Of a stretch of 47,192 nucleotides of DNA, positions 1 through 13,624 are shown one piece after another. Source of the stretch: Nemertoderma westbladi (lineage: Eukaryota > Animalia > Xenacoelomorpha); NCBI GenBank assembly GCA_032718475.1, contig JAUCBJ010006490.1, positions 1 through 47,192 on the forward strand, in the 5' to 3' direction. The position numbers and the translations under genes are program-made. The notes under the pieces are model-generated. The model was not told where the DNA came from. It worked only from the letters and a program-made list of their open reading frames with translations, and made no database searches. Position 1 is the first letter of the stretch. The number at the start of each line of letters is the position of its first letter.

Positions 1-860
<860 letters not shown>

Positions 861-936
861 TGGATAGGAAAATTGCCCTATTTACTAATTATAATTGTGC
901 GCTAAGGCTCGCCCTGACTGCATGGCTCGCCCCACA
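861..936 (-). mobile_element. End of a microsatellite-bearing non-autonomous repeat (DINE-1/Helentron-associated-like)
   Basis: Reverse complement of ~899-936 (TGTGGGGCGAGCCA...GAGCCTTAGCG) matches the start of the insertion at ~36792-36826; both are followed on that strand by a CTGT-type microsatellite. Confidence 0.45.
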
Positions 937-3047
937 ACTCAGCGCGGAACACAAAATAGCATTATAGGCTCTATTGATATCGGATTAAATTTATCTTCAG
1001 AGAAAGTTTAATTTAAAAGTGATGTACTCTGTACATATATACACATGATAGCTTTTTCAATGTAGACTATGTCTTTCCTATCATAATTTAGATTTCTTCA
1101 GCTAATCTCCAAATCGAAGGCGATAGGTAGCATAATTCTTCTACATGACCAACAACCACGCCATCCTATGAATGACCACACCGATCAGAATAAGCGATCG
1201 ACAAGGGAGAGTTACGCCAGGTACCTGCGCGGAGAATTAGAGTGTATTGTGGAAACTCAATGGAACTTTCCCGGACCCGGAATACTATTCAACTTTTCGG
1301 AAGTTTCCTGGGAAGACCTACACCAGCTGGGAGTGGTTAGAGATACCCGGGATCCCGCAGTATGGAAGAGGGCGGCAGCTGGGTATATCCAGGGATTCAT
1401 TAAATTCCTTAAGGTGACTGGAAACTCTGCTATTCCAAAGACAGTTAGAACCTCAGGCACAGGCAGGCACTTACTTCTGTATCAAATACAGTAAGGGAGT
1501 GGATACTAAGGATTAGATTAATTCTGTCAGCATTCGAAGAAGCCTCAAAAAGGAGACAAAATACATCACTGCAGGTGGTGGTACAAACCTGGTTTCAACG
1601 AGTGAACAACAAAGTTCAGGGAACAACCACGTGGAAAGCTGAGTTACCAGACCAACTCGTTTATGGGGAATCCACTGACACCATTCTTTCTTATGGAGAA
1701 GGCGAGGCAGCACCCGAAGGGCAACCAAAGACGCTATCGTCGATGACTTCCTGGACATATCCAAATTTGCAGTCAGAATTTTGGTATCAATTACAAATAA
1801 ATTGGATGTTGATTGTTATAGACTGCTGAGTTGTCATTGAGCACAATCGAATTTCTCTGACATTTAAACCAGATCATCATAATTCCTCTACTTTTACTTC
1901 CCTGGTTGTTTGTATTTCCACTATTTGTAGACCTACTAGATATTATGTAGGTCGAGAAACAATTCACATCATCCGCATCAAATAGTCAACCACATTAATA
2001 AAATGTAAAGGAACAAAGGGTGACCAACCTTCAATTAAATTAAGGTCACCCTAAATTAGCCAGTTTACCAAAACTGTGATAATTTTTGGAACAAATTCAT
2101 AAGTCAAATGTTATTTCTTTCTTCCTTGATTTATTTTCTAACGGAGGCGACAATTATTGTGTTTTGACTATTGCAAATTGCCTATCCTATTTCCGCTCCT
2201 AAACTTGACATGTTGAAAAGCCAATTAGGGACATTATTGTCGTTAATAATTCTGGACAAGTTTTAAGAAATACAATACTGTATAACATTATTATTCTTCA
2301 TTCATAAATATTGTCGATTTTATACAACGCAATAAAATAGTTATATTGTTATAACCAGAACTACCAGCAGAGGGGATGAGTTGCATCTTCTATCATTTAA
2401 CCCTTGCCAATTCCTTTGTTAAGAAATATAATGATGCAAAATGGATATCATTACACTAATTAGTCTCCGAAAGTAATTAAAAATATGCGTTGTCTATCTA
2501 ATCAATTATATAATATAAATGAATTGTGTTTCAAATATCACTTATTATATCAAATGGTAACAATAATAGAATCCAGAACCAGGGCCAAGAACAATATACA
2601 GTACATACACATTATGTAAATTAATTAGATAGTTTACATTGCATTGCTAATTATTATTTAATACTGTAATATGTAGGATGGGTTTTAACTGCATAATTAT
2701 CAAATATTATGTACAATTTAATCAGATCGTAAAATGTATTGGATCTATGAATGCTATTGTAGTGGGAAAGATTGAATAATTGTTACTTTATAGCACAACT
2801 CTAAATTATATGAAATTAAATATATGTATAATAAAAGCCTTTCTGTCACTTTATACAACTACGGTAATTAATTAACCTCCTCACATTACAGTATTCGTAT
2901 TTAGTTTTAGCAGAGTAGGCCTACTGTTAATTATATTAATTTAATTCGAATCTTTATCAAATTTCGAAGACTAACTACTCCAAGTTAACGGCTCAGACCA
3001 GTTTTTTATCCTTTTAAACATTTACGTAACATTTACAGTTAGATGCG

Positions 3048-3431
3048 ATGCCAATAAAGAGAAACAACAGCTTTAAAAGAAGTCAGAATTCAATATGGGG
3101 CATCATCCTCTGTTTGTTTGGAGTATTTGTACTGACTCTCCAAGCTGTTATGTTCAAGTACTCTAAAACTAGTACATCAACATTCAGACTGTCTCTGGGA
3201 TTATTTTCTTTGCTGCTCACGCTACCGTACACTACTAGTAGTATGCCACGCCCCCCAGCGGTACCCCCTGTTACTCCTTACGTTTGGTTAGTTTTACGAG
3301 GAATCACCGGGCCAGGGGGATATACACTATACTTTATTGCCCTGCGTTATATAGACCTCGCCGATACCATCGCTCTTTTCAATTCTTCGCCGATATGGTC
3401 TGTGTTTTTCGGTGCAATTATGCTTCGCCAG
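3048..3431 (+). CDS. EamA/DMT-family transporter (SLC35G-like), exon 1
   Basis: Hydrophobic ORF with LVLRGITG..LYFIALRYIDLADTIALFNSSPIWSVFFGAIML, typical of SLC35G; phase-0 donor CAG|GTAACG at 3431/3432. Confidence 0.8.
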
Positions 3432-3562
3432 GTAACGTTTAGCAGTTGTCATCAAAGTTGAAACATGAAATATGTAAAAATAGCAAATTATTGTATTTTA
3501 TGGTGTCAAGCATAATTTTTATTTAATTTAAAGTTCCACATTTAAAATACAAGATCATATTA

Positions 3563-4295
3563 AGATCTTAGGAATTTAGCGAGTGTGACGGGATCTACGG
3601 ATCCCGGTTTATCCGTTGGGTTTTCTATCCACGCGTCCCCGCCGTGTGTGAAAGGTAAAAGAGTTCTGATGTTCGGTAATATGTATAAAGGTATAATAGT
3701 CTGATATAGCACAGTATAGTATGACACGGTTACCGGTAGATAAGTATGATGGCGGTAGCGGACGGTGACAGAAGTCCCCGTTCCACCCTACTGATCTGAC
3801 TGAGTAAACTAAACTGAATAGGGAAGCACCAACAGGTAATATATGTACTGCACAGTTGGCCATATTACTGTACCTAGTCGATGCTGTCCCCCCATTGGCT
3901 AATATCCCACTTCTCGCCCTTTCACCTTCCCTGGTGTGTTTCCCGTTGCCCCTGTTGTTCTCTCTCTGTTAGGGGTTTGGCCCCTGACCCTTATTGTGTG
4001 TGTCTCCTTTGGGGCATATTGTCCCCGTTTACTGGGCTGACACAAGGTTGATTGGTAATCAACCTCTCGTGCTCCCAATATTGCTCAACGGCTTACTTTG
4101 TGGGTTCATGTTAGCGGAATTGGATAAGCTAACAGCGAGACAATTGGATGAAGCGAGCAGCATTCTGAAATAAATAGTAAAAAATTGATTACAGCGAAAT
4201 CTGGGTTCGACTCCCAGTGGCGCTGTAATCAGTTTTTTGCTATTTTATTTCACAATGCTGCTTCATCCAATTGTCTCCCTAAATTCCTAAGATCT
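3563..4295. mobile_element. Short foldback MITE (~180 bp without the nested LTR) in the transporter intron
   Basis: AGATCTTAGGAATTTAGCGAG|ACAATTGGATGAAGC...GATTACAGCG is inverted at CGCTGTAATC...GCTTCATCCAATTGTCTCCCTAAATTCCTAAGATCT; the left arm is split by the solo LTR. Confidence 0.75.
3584..4134 (-). mobile_element. Solo LTR (551 bp)
   Basis: TGTGACG...CTAACA ends with a 5-bp TSD GCGAG (3579-3583, 4135-4139); both ends resemble the interrupted LTR at 19128-40017 in inverted orientation. Confidence 0.8.
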
Positions 4296-4478
4296 AAAAT
4301 ACAAGATATTGAAATATTTCTGGCAATAGAAATTAAATATCTCAGTAGAAATTATAAATATGTAAAATTTGTTGTTAAAACGATTCCGTACATTATTTTT
4401 CAATTACATTGCCAAATAACCAAAAAAATTATGCTCACATAATTGTTAGACTTTGTTGCCATGACAACTGTTACACAG

Positions 4479-5060
4479 AAACCGGATATAATTGACTTAA
4501 TCGTCCCTGTGCCGTCCCTAATTGGCGTCGCCTTAATCACCCGACCGAGTTTCATATTCGGCGGAGACGATGCGACAGATTCCAGTGATCGCACCGTAGG
4601 TATTATCTGTGCGATATCTGCCTCTATTTGCGACGCGCTAATGCACTGCGTATCCCGCAAGGTAACAAAGAACCTACCAGTAATGACAAGCAAAATATCA
4701 ATAGATACCGGTACTGCAACTATAGCAGTACTATTAGGCCTGATTACTGGATTCCGACATATTTGTTTGATGGATCGTTTCTTAGCTTTGGGCGCCGGTT
4801 TAATAGACACAATTTCCGGAGTTGCTTTCCTGGCCGCAGCCCGTCTACAGAAGGCTGGCACCATGTCTGTGGTCTGCACAACGGCTGTGCCAATGGGATT
4901 CCTTTTGGATATCGCGTTTTTTGTCGATGCTTCCGACGTGAGATGGACGAGTATTTTGGGCAGCGTAATCATTATGAGTTGTTCCATAACCTTGGCTTTA
5001 AAATCTATATGGAAATCCAGGAGACATAATATAAGAGGTGTGTTTAATGTATTGTTGTGA
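4479..5060 (+). CDS. EamA/DMT-family transporter (SLC35G-like), exon 2 (spliced product ~321 aa)
   Basis: Acceptor TTACACAG| at 4478 joins in frame (MLRQ|KPDII..LIGVALITRPSFIFG); second EamA repeat; TGA stop at 5060. Confidence 0.8.
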   Translation, partial: KPDIIDLIVPVPSLIGVALITRPSFIFGGDDATDSSDRTVGIICAISASICDALMHCVSRKVTKNLPVMTSKISIDTGTATIAVLLGLITGFRHICLMDRFLALGAGLIDTISGVAFLAAARLQKAGTMSVVCTTAVPMGFLLDIAFFVDASDVRWTSILGSVIIMSCSITLALKSIWKSRRHNIRGVFNVLL

Positions 5061-5247
5061 TTAATATAATTTTTATTGTAAATAATATACTATACATTTC
5101 GTATAAATTTTGCAGTATGTACTGTATTTATACTGTACTGTTCGTACACAGGGAGTCCCGAAACATTTGAAATACTGTATGAACGTAGTGTTAAATCGAT
5201 TTATTGGTATCTCCTATGGGGAGTCAGTATCCTAGCTATATGTGATC

Positions 5248-5510
5248 GGCATGCTGCATTGCAGCTGCATTTAGAATGCTGTGCCGGCTTATCCTAAAGA
5301 GTGCAGCATCGCCCACAACTCCCTATCCCACATGATTTTCGCGAGGTTATCTACATCTTCAAGGCCAGTGTCCTTTAAGAGGCGTCTTAAGAAAGTAATG
5401 GGCTGTCCACCACGCATACAGTATTTTCTCCATGAGGCTGCCAAAGCACAAGATTGTGTACATTCTGGTTCTCTTAGCGAAAAAAATGTCCTGCGAAACA
5501 TATACTCAAG
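5248..5510 (-). mobile_element. RTE-like LINE 3' fragment
   Basis: GGQPITFLRRLLKDTGLEDVDNLAKIMWDRELW, plus tail GCAGCTGCAATGCAGCATG shared with the copy at 45300-45612. Confidence 0.65.
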
Positions 5511-7238
5511 AATGCATGTGTCATTTACAGTAGGTAGGCCCTACATTGTACAACAATTACACTCATGCCCTATACTGCTATACAGCATTGGTGGTGTCTC
5601 ATTAGTCACAGCAAGCAGAACTCCATTCAAGAACATTACTTTAGCCGTGAGTTACCAACCAGCCTGTTTATGCACAATCATAAGCTTTGGAGACCTCATG
5701 TAGAGAATAAACAAGGTCACAGTTAGTGGGACTCGCACATCTATACTGTAAGTTAGTGGTTAATTACAGTATATTAATGTCAGTTTAATAGATTTGGTAC
5801 TGTGTGATAGTGAGTTCTGACAGAAATTGAATGCAATGAAAGCAAAACAATACCCTATACTGTACTTTACGAGGTACGTACCGATATCTGGAGTTTTCGG
5901 TGACACGGCCACCGATCACTTTATTTTACTTTACCGTTTACTTTACTTCACCTTATTTATAATCTATAAGTTACATATATAGCGGTAGCAATAGTTACAT
6001 GAAACATAATATTATTATTTGTTTCAGCTCAAGAAGGCACCGTAACGTATCCGCCAAAACCGACGAAATCATTAAGACAAATTATCTCCGGGGCAATGCA
6101 ACATCTTATACAATCGCATGATGTCCACCAAGGTCACATAGACTTTATGCCCTTATATGGATAACTGAATGAAGCAAAGTTCCAGCACATTGCGTTTATA
6201 TATTTATTGGTATTATATTTTATTTTTATGGCATCCCAAACTTTAAAAGATATTCAAAGATTTTAAATTGTTACATAAAAAGAATAATGTATATAAATAT
6301 ATATTTCGCCCACACACATATTTCGGCCCCACACAAGCGTACCGAGGCGAGGGGGGCGGCCATATTGTTATAGCCATATTATTGAAAGAATTTACAAAAA
6401 AAGTACCCTCAAATTTCACTATCAAATTTAACTTAATCTGTAGCAGTTTAATCCATTGCTTTGAATTCATATCTCCCAGGAGGTGGTGGTAGATGGGCCT
6501 TGTGTAAATGGGCCTTGTGAGTTTTTGTTTCGGTAAGAATGCTTTAAAGAAGAAGACAGGGGCCGGGCCAGTCTACAGGTGTTAAAGCTTTTGCGGCAAA
6601 AATGTGTCGTTTTTGTGCAATTCGCGAACTACTCTAAGAGGGCTAGCATTTTTTCAAAGTATTAGAGAATGTATAGACTTCTAGCGTCTGTTTTGGTACA
6701 GAGCTTGAGAGCTACCATGACGAAATTAGCCAGCTTTTTTTTTTGCGTAGAGCCTATGTTATATTTCATCCAATCAGCGCGATTTTCAGTTTACTGGCCT
6801 TTGTTTACATATGTAATTGACGCAATGCGACAAAATCCTTCTTTCTGACTTCGCCCAAAACCATCAGCGGCCAGAGAGTATCATAGAACGCAAATCTATT
6901 AACTTTCCACTCAATCTTTCCACTTACAAATCAAACTTGGGTAACTTTTCATTCACTTTCCTGAGACTTGCTTGCTGACGTCTGACAGTTGACACTGCCT
7001 GTTGATCAGTATAATACACATTTATAAATCTATAAATATTCTCGCTGTACTGCTATAATAATACAAGGCCGCCATATAATTATATATGAAATACAGCAAT
7101 ACACTCAGGCCTATACCGGTACACCAAACAACACAGTACTACTGTATCCCATCACCCGGCGAGTCTCTATCTCAGTGCCTATCTAACAGATTCACCCTCT
7201 TTATTAAGAATGAAATGGAATAAACTAAGTGGTTATAG

Positions 7239-7718
7239 TTAAGAAAGCGGTAATGCTTCGATTATGCCCATGTTAATAATGTCCATCAGTTTCCGAGAAC
7301 ATGCCCCACGTTTGGTTAGTGAATCAGCCAACTGTTCTCCTGATCTAACATACTCAACACGATCGAGTTCTTTGTTCTCTAGCGATTCCTTTATTGATGC
7401 GATATCAATTCGCAAGCGTTTTTCGTTCACTGCAATTGTTGAATGAATAGATGTGTGGAGATTGCGGCTATCAGTGTAAGCAATGACAGGTACCTTTATC
7501 TTCAGAATATCAAAGATAAGAGCCGCAATGAAATGAACCTCTTCTAAGCCATCAACCAAAGCGAGACCCTCAGCTGCAAGAGTACTCTTCACAACTCTCC
7601 TGATTTTCTTCGACCCCCAAGCCAGTGTGGAACACTTGTTATTTTCTCCAACTAGGAAAACAACAAAACCCTCAGCACTGGATACTCCATCCGGTAAATT
7701 TCCGTGAGATGCATCACT
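7239..7718 (-). pseudogene. Ty1/Copia pol C-terminus (RNase H), GalEa-like, 5' truncated
   Basis: Open frame SDASHGNLPDGVSS..WGSKKIRRVVKSTLAAE..YTDS..EKRLRIDIA..QLADSLTK; followed by a PPT-like AAAGAGGGTGAATC and a TGTTAG LTR start at 7188 (minus). Confidence 0.85.
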
Positions 7719-7797
7719 AGCCTAACGTTGCAAAATGCAGTATTATTGCCTAGTAACCAATTCATGGCTACCATATGGTTTTCACTTTGAGACATTT

Positions 7798-8011
7798 CGC
7801 CCTCTAGCGACAGACTGGGGAACTTCAGACTACTCTGTGACTCTGCAAAAATATAGCCCATATTGTAATAGATATCGATTGAGGGGTCAAAATTAAGTAA
7901 TAATATATCTAAATAAATCTGAAACATCGTGCCTCATGGCTCGCCCCTTGGAACTATTAAGCAATATAACTTCATAGTTTTGCGGATTGTAAATAACAAA
8001 GCTAGAGAAGA
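7798..8011. repeat. Unit of a ~234-bp tandem repeat split by E1
   Basis: CGCCCTCTAGCG..CAGAC..GGGAACTTCAGACTACTCT unit recurs at 17438, 17672 and 17819. Confidence 0.85.
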
Positions 8012-9183
8012 TGTTCGCGCTTTTAGACCTTTAGCAGTTTAACCTGCCAAATTTAGGTGTCTTCTAGGTTATAAATCGACTTTAGCCTATGACAAGTATT
8101 TGATACACATAAAGTTACATTAGCCGAAGCCAGCCTATGCGCAATCATTCACCCACGGTTAAGGGAGACTGGATTCGGATGCTCTGACCTTATTGCGGTG
8201 TAGGCCTACTGTACTATTCGATTGATCGTTAATATATAATCTCTGACAAATATTATTCACTTTCGGGAAATATTAACAGTTCCTTTAGGACGTGGCGCTC
8301 TAAGTATGTAAACAGAGTTATGACTTACACTAAACACAACGGGATGGCTAATGATTTACGTATAAGGCGCATTCTTTAGGAAATGCTTTGTTACCTTTCA
8401 CACTCATGCACACTACCTCACACTGCTGTACACTGATCTGCCGACCTTCACTAAATTTGATCATATATAAGGAGAACAGCAACTGACACATGTAGGGTCT
8501 ATGAAATAGCATTCAATTCACTCCAAAACCACTATAATGTAAGTCGCAATTGCTATATGTAACCGGTCTCTCTAACCTTCAGTATATCAAGAAGATTGGG
8601 GTTTTATGATTATTCATCGATATTCTCCAAATATAACAACATATCAATCAACTTCTAACAATTAATAACCGACAGTAAATAGCAGTAAAATAATGCGGTG
8701 AAAGGTAAGGTGAGTCTGGTATGCCAGGTATGGCAGGATAACAGTTATACGTTTCTATGATCAAAGCCGTTCTAATGTTTGGCTAAAGTCTGAAACACAG
8801 AATAATTTCACAGCCGATGTTCTGGGCTCAGGAAAAAAGGTAAACAAAAACCATAATGCATTGCGCGATTTCCCGGAGGCTTCTGTGCAAATAAAATGAA
8901 AATCGCTCTGATTGGTCGAGCCGAACAAAGAACAAAGAAAAGCTCTACGTGGACATATCAGCTGATAGATGTCGTCATCTGAACTACACTGTATCAAGAG
9001 TATTTTGGCGTATTGCGGCATAAAATCGCTAGTTATGTCCGCTAAAGTACACATACAGAAAAATGGCTTTTTATGTCCACTAAAACATCTACACAGTAAG
9101 AAAACGGCTTTTTATGTCCGCTAAAACACCTACAGAGTACTTTGCGGGGAAAATGACTAGCTAGATCCGCAAAAGCCTTTACA
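8012..9183 (-). repeat. E1 3' LTR
   Basis: Matches 16242-17413 with roughly a dozen substitutions by eye (~1%); contains three short TTATGTCC(G/A)CTAAA repeats at ~9030-9135 and CCAAT at ~8911-8915 (minus). Confidence 0.95.
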
Positions 9184-9197
9184 CCACTCCCAGAAAA
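9184..9197 (-). promoter_or_regulatory. E1 polypurine tract
   Basis: Sense TTTTCTGGGAGTGG directly before the TGT of the 3' LTR. Confidence 0.7.
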
Positions 9198-9209
9198 TGG
9201 GATTTAATT

Positions 9210-10809
9210 CTATAAAATATAAAAAATCACAGTTTCTAAAATATAAAAATACTCTAAACAGTTAGTCTTTCTTGCGCGGACGGCGTTTACGCAGTTTTTT
9301 GAGGCTAGCAAGAGTCCTTTTCTCTTTGGGGCGAGCCACTTTACTAGGAGGGCTATAACTCCTGGGTGAAGGGTGCAATACAATTGCATCGGAAGGTTTA
9401 GGATTACGTCGGTGTATCCGCCGGTCGAGGTACCTGGTTGATCGATATCAACCTCAGTGGAATGAGGTCGAACAACCTTGAGAGTGCGTTTTAAGACAGC
9501 AGCTCTTACTGGTCCCTGACGGGTCGTTTGCACGAGAGCGGTAGGTGGACCGTGTATAGTGAGAAATTTCCTCGGTTTGATGATTCTTTCCAACTCGCGT
9601 TCTTGGGCTCTATCGGAATCGATATGCTTCTCCTCGAGCTGATTTTCCTCCGCTTGTCGTTGAAAGCATTCGTCCAAACTCTTGCAGGAAGTAGAGTCAT
9701 CCAAGTTCGATATCTTCTTATAGATTCTGGATTTCCTGATCGAACTGACATAAAGCTAATTCGTTTACCGCTTGTAGTTGCTGCTGCAATTTACGTTTCT
9801 CTAAACATTGTAGGTTCCTTTTCCGATCTTTTGACGAATAGTGTCCAACGCGTTTCGTACAACTCTCTCCTCCACCTCGGGGACAGGTTGTATCGGGTTA
9901 AACCGGGACGATGATACGGTTGAATGGCGATATTAGATGTCTGCATCCCAATCCGGCTAGGTAAGATGGGCGAATATTTAGGGAGCCCACAACCGGAGTG
10001 CCACCGACTAATTGTTCGGGTAACACTAGATCTTTGAACAGTGAGTACAGTTCGGGAGGATCCGTGATACTATTAGGATAAAGAGTCTGAGGTCTCACTA
10101 GGGAGTGAGGAGGTCTGACTGAGTATTCCGGAACTCTGATCATAGGTTTATTTAAGGATCGTTTGAATCTAGCGAGCATAGGTGATGCATCGAACAAGTT
10201 TCGCTCGAAACTCCCGTAAATATAGCGAGTAAAACCGTGTTTAAAGCAACGTCTCCGCGGATGTTTATGTCTTTCCGTTTGTTGGTTGGGTCTTGGGCAT
10301 TCATCGCAATAATACCAAAGACGCATGTCTTGTAGGGGAAACGCGGGTGATATTTATTCGGTGTTACAATGTTTCTCTCAAGAATTCCAAATATACGTGG
10401 AGTTACCGCGTTTATCCGGTTCTTTAACGTCTTCTCTTTCGAGTCGATTTTGAATAGAATTTTCGCATTCGATTTTCAGTTTATCGTTCCGACTCCGCTG
10501 GGTAGGATATTTAAATAGTACCATTTCCCTTTCGGTGTCGACATAGTCCGTATCGTGTAAATCGATAGGATGGCCAGTAGTTAAGAAGTCCATATACGTA
10601 CCATTACGATGCGTATAGCGAGCGGTGAATTTTCTATAGTCCAATTCACGCGTAAGTTGCTCCTGGGACATCGGCGGTTCGATATAACGACCATTGTCCT
10701 CCGTAGTAGTTGGACTAGCGTCACCGCGTATCAAGCTATCAACAAACGCTTGTAAAGGTAGAGTATATCGCTCCCTGATACCAAGATCATCTTCTATCAA
10801 CTCAGTCAT
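9210..10809 (-). pseudogene. Decayed accessory ORF of E1 (143, 142 and 164 aa pieces)
   Basis: Lies between pol remnant and 3' LTR; the 143 and 142 aa ORFs are in one frame separated by stops; LWYYCDEC..RCFKH..TRY resembles LYY*CGSC..RCSNH..LRY of the E2 accessory ORF. Confidence 0.55.
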
Positions 10810-11632
10810 AGCTGCTATATGAGTTTATCAATATTATAATGAGTTTATAATTAGGCTAGTGGGCGTCGCTGCCTACCCCTTACGGCCCCCGGACAGCACA
10901 AGATCCTCAGCGCTGATGCACTGCCGCCGCTGTGCTTATCGCCAACATAGTAGATGCACAACGACAACAACAACCAGCGCGAGTCACCCCACTGTCCGTC
11001 CCAAGGGCTAAGATTTACTTCAGGTTCTTACTGCAGAGTTAGGGCTACTTTCACAATTGCGACTCGCTACTGTAAACACACTTTAGTAGTAACATTCACC
11101 TATAAACGCACAAATTCCACACAACTGTCACAAACCGCACACATTCGGGCCATTTGTCCGTTAGTCAAGTGCCTTCCAGAATGCCACGTTATTATTGGGT
11201 ATCCTTGGATACTAGCAGTGTGCTATTTTATTCCTTATGCTATTCAATGGGGCAAGCCTTTATTGTTCTTTTAACTCACTTCTAATTCTAGCGGGGTTGT
11301 TGCCATGGTGACATTATGGAAAGCTAGCAGTAGAATTAGGGTAATTCTCATGCATACAGATCTGGGATGCTATTTAATAGTAATTCTTTAATTGTCAATA
11401 TTCCTCTTTATACATGATTTTATGAATTTTATCGGCTATTGGCTATATATTGGAGATTCTCGCACACTAATACACTTAATAGGGTGAATCTCCGCTCCCA
11501 TGATCTATTAATTAATGGAATTTTGGGAATGTTATAAATTGTATAAAAATGACAATTTATCAAATTCATTAAAAAAGATGAATTTAAATTTATTCCCGTA
11601 AATTTTATTATTTATCATTAAAACAGACATAA

Positions 11633-11990
11633 TTTTATTCCAGAGCATGTCTGGGGACTAGGATCCTTAATTCTAGGAAATTTGTCCTTTTAAGAGTATC
11701 GGTAAGTGCTACGATATCTTAATCGACTAGAATTTTAAAGGATCTAAAATTTAACAGATTTTAATTTATAGATTTTCTAGAGTTAACTTTTAAGTATTTA
11801 CTCTATTGTATTTGTTTGACAGATTTTATAAATATTAATAGTTAATATTTAAGATGGGCACCGGTTTATTCCAGAACTTGTCTGGGGACGTTAACCACTG
11901 ATTCTAGAATTTTGTCTTTCAAGTATATCGGTGGGTGCCGCGATATCTTAATCGACTAGAATTACAGATGGTCAAAGGGTCTAACAGATT
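11633..11990. repeat. Two diverged ~125-bp direct repeats inside E1
   Basis: TTTATTCCAGA..TGTCTGGGGAC..CGATATCTTAATCGACTAGAATT..TAACAGATTT at ~11633 and ~11865. Confidence 0.8.
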
Positions 11991-12339
11991 TATTTTGCGT
12001 TTTACGCTACTGTTAAAGGGACATCACGCTACTATATGTATTATTTAATATACGGTATGAGAGCAATATCGCAAGAAGCAATGTCAGTGAGAAGAGGCAA
12101 GTCATTTCCAAGGTCTACCCAGAGCTTGGTTTAGCCGAGACACGAGGATCTGAATTTTGCATTCCTAATACTCTACTTACCAATAATACTTGAATATAGT
12201 AGGAGCTTTATTGTTCTTTAATAAGTACGGATATTTCATCTTACTGTAGTCACGTATTTATAATGTAATACGGACAGTAAGGAAAGAGAAAAGAATTATT
12301 TCTCGCCGTCGCACTAAATATATAATATAATATAATTAA

Positions 12340-13467
12340 GGGGGGGGGTAGCGCATTTTCTGACCAAAAATACGAATTTTTGAAACATATCCTATCTGAT
12401 GCAGAATTTCATGGTAAATCCAAATATGGAAACCGTTTTCCCATATCTTGCTTAGTTTTCGAGATATCTGGGATAGAAGATACTGGCTCCGATATATTGC
12501 GATATCGGTAAAGGCGATGAGGTTTGGAGTTTGCATTCAATTTCTGCAAATTTCTGTGCCCAGTGGTGCCAATTGGATGTCTCCACGAGAAAGAGCACAA
12601 AATTTTATTTGAGAAGGTATTTTTTTATGATTATTGGACCTACTGATCAGTTTATAAGACAACTTCAAGTCTCCGGAATGAAGACGGGACTTGAATAAGC
12701 GACTCTGCGGTCTTTGCGGGATTACATGGAATAGACTTATCGGTCATCGGAGATCTTTAAAATGTATAATCTCCAGTTCTAGTGGTCGTACGAAGTTCGT
12801 TTTAGGCTCATTCGAAAGCTCTTTTCTTAGAGAACAAAGTTACCATTTGATTAAAGACAAAATGGTTGTAAAGCAACATAACATGAATTTGGGTATAATA
12901 TGCCTTGCAAATTTTGTTCAAGTTATGATTGCTCAGGCAGCTTTAAAGAGTTTGCCAAACCAAATGGTAACTTTGGTCTCTGAGAAAAGAGCTTTCGAAT
13001 GAGCCCAAAACGAACTCCGTACGACCACTAGAACTGGAGATTATACATTTTGAAGATCTCCGATGACCGATAAGTCTATTCCGTGTAATCCCGCAAAGAC
13101 CGCAGAGTCGCTTATTCGAGTCCCGTCTTCATTCCGGAGACTTGAAGTTGTCTTATAAACTGATCAGTAGGTCCAATAATCATAAAAAAATATCTTCTCA
13201 ATTAAAATTTTGTGCTCTTTCTCGTGGAGACATCCAATTAGCACCACTGAGCACAGAAATATTCAGAAATTGAATGCAAACCCCAAACTTCATCTCCTTT
13301 ACCGATATCGCGATACATCGGAGCCAGTATCTTCTATCCCAGATATCTCGAAAACTAAGCAAGATATGGGAAAACGGTTTCCATATTTGGATTCAGCATG
13401 AAATTCTCCATCAGATAGGATATGTTTCAAAAATTCGACTTTTTGGTCTGAAAATGCGCTACCCCCC
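12340..13467. mobile_element. Foldback non-autonomous DNA transposon with TTAA TSD (Kolobok-like)
   Basis: ~510-bp inverted arms, ~105-bp spacer, GGG...CCC ends, TTAA at 12336-12339 and 13468-13471. RR...YY ends with TTAA fit Kolobok rather than piggyBac. Mirror ORFs 12336-12600 and 13210-13471 are by-products. Confidence 0.8.
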
Positions 13468-13624
13468 TTAAGTAAGTAATAAACACTAATATATATTGCA
13501 CTAATCTACTAAATAAAATTAAAGAAAACGATTATAATAAAATTACATAATAATACATACATAAATATAAAATAATAAAAAACAAATATAAAATAATATA
13601 GTCACACACCCACTCCAGACGCTG

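Noticed and set aside
1168-1829. ORFs of 108 and 84 aa that look like decayed coding sequence
   Set aside because: No recognisable motif or splice structure; cannot be assigned without a search.
4400-5029. Overlapping antisense and alternate-frame ORFs over the transporter exon (similarly over gag-pol)
   Set aside because: Shadow ORFs of real coding sequence.
8761-9054. Duplicated 97-aa ORF (also 16991-17284) and 83-aa ORF (21062, 39291)
   Set aside because: Duplicated only because they lie in LTRs; no protein features.
12336-13471. Mirror-image ORF pairs
   Set aside because: Artefact of the inverted arms; no transposase motifs.
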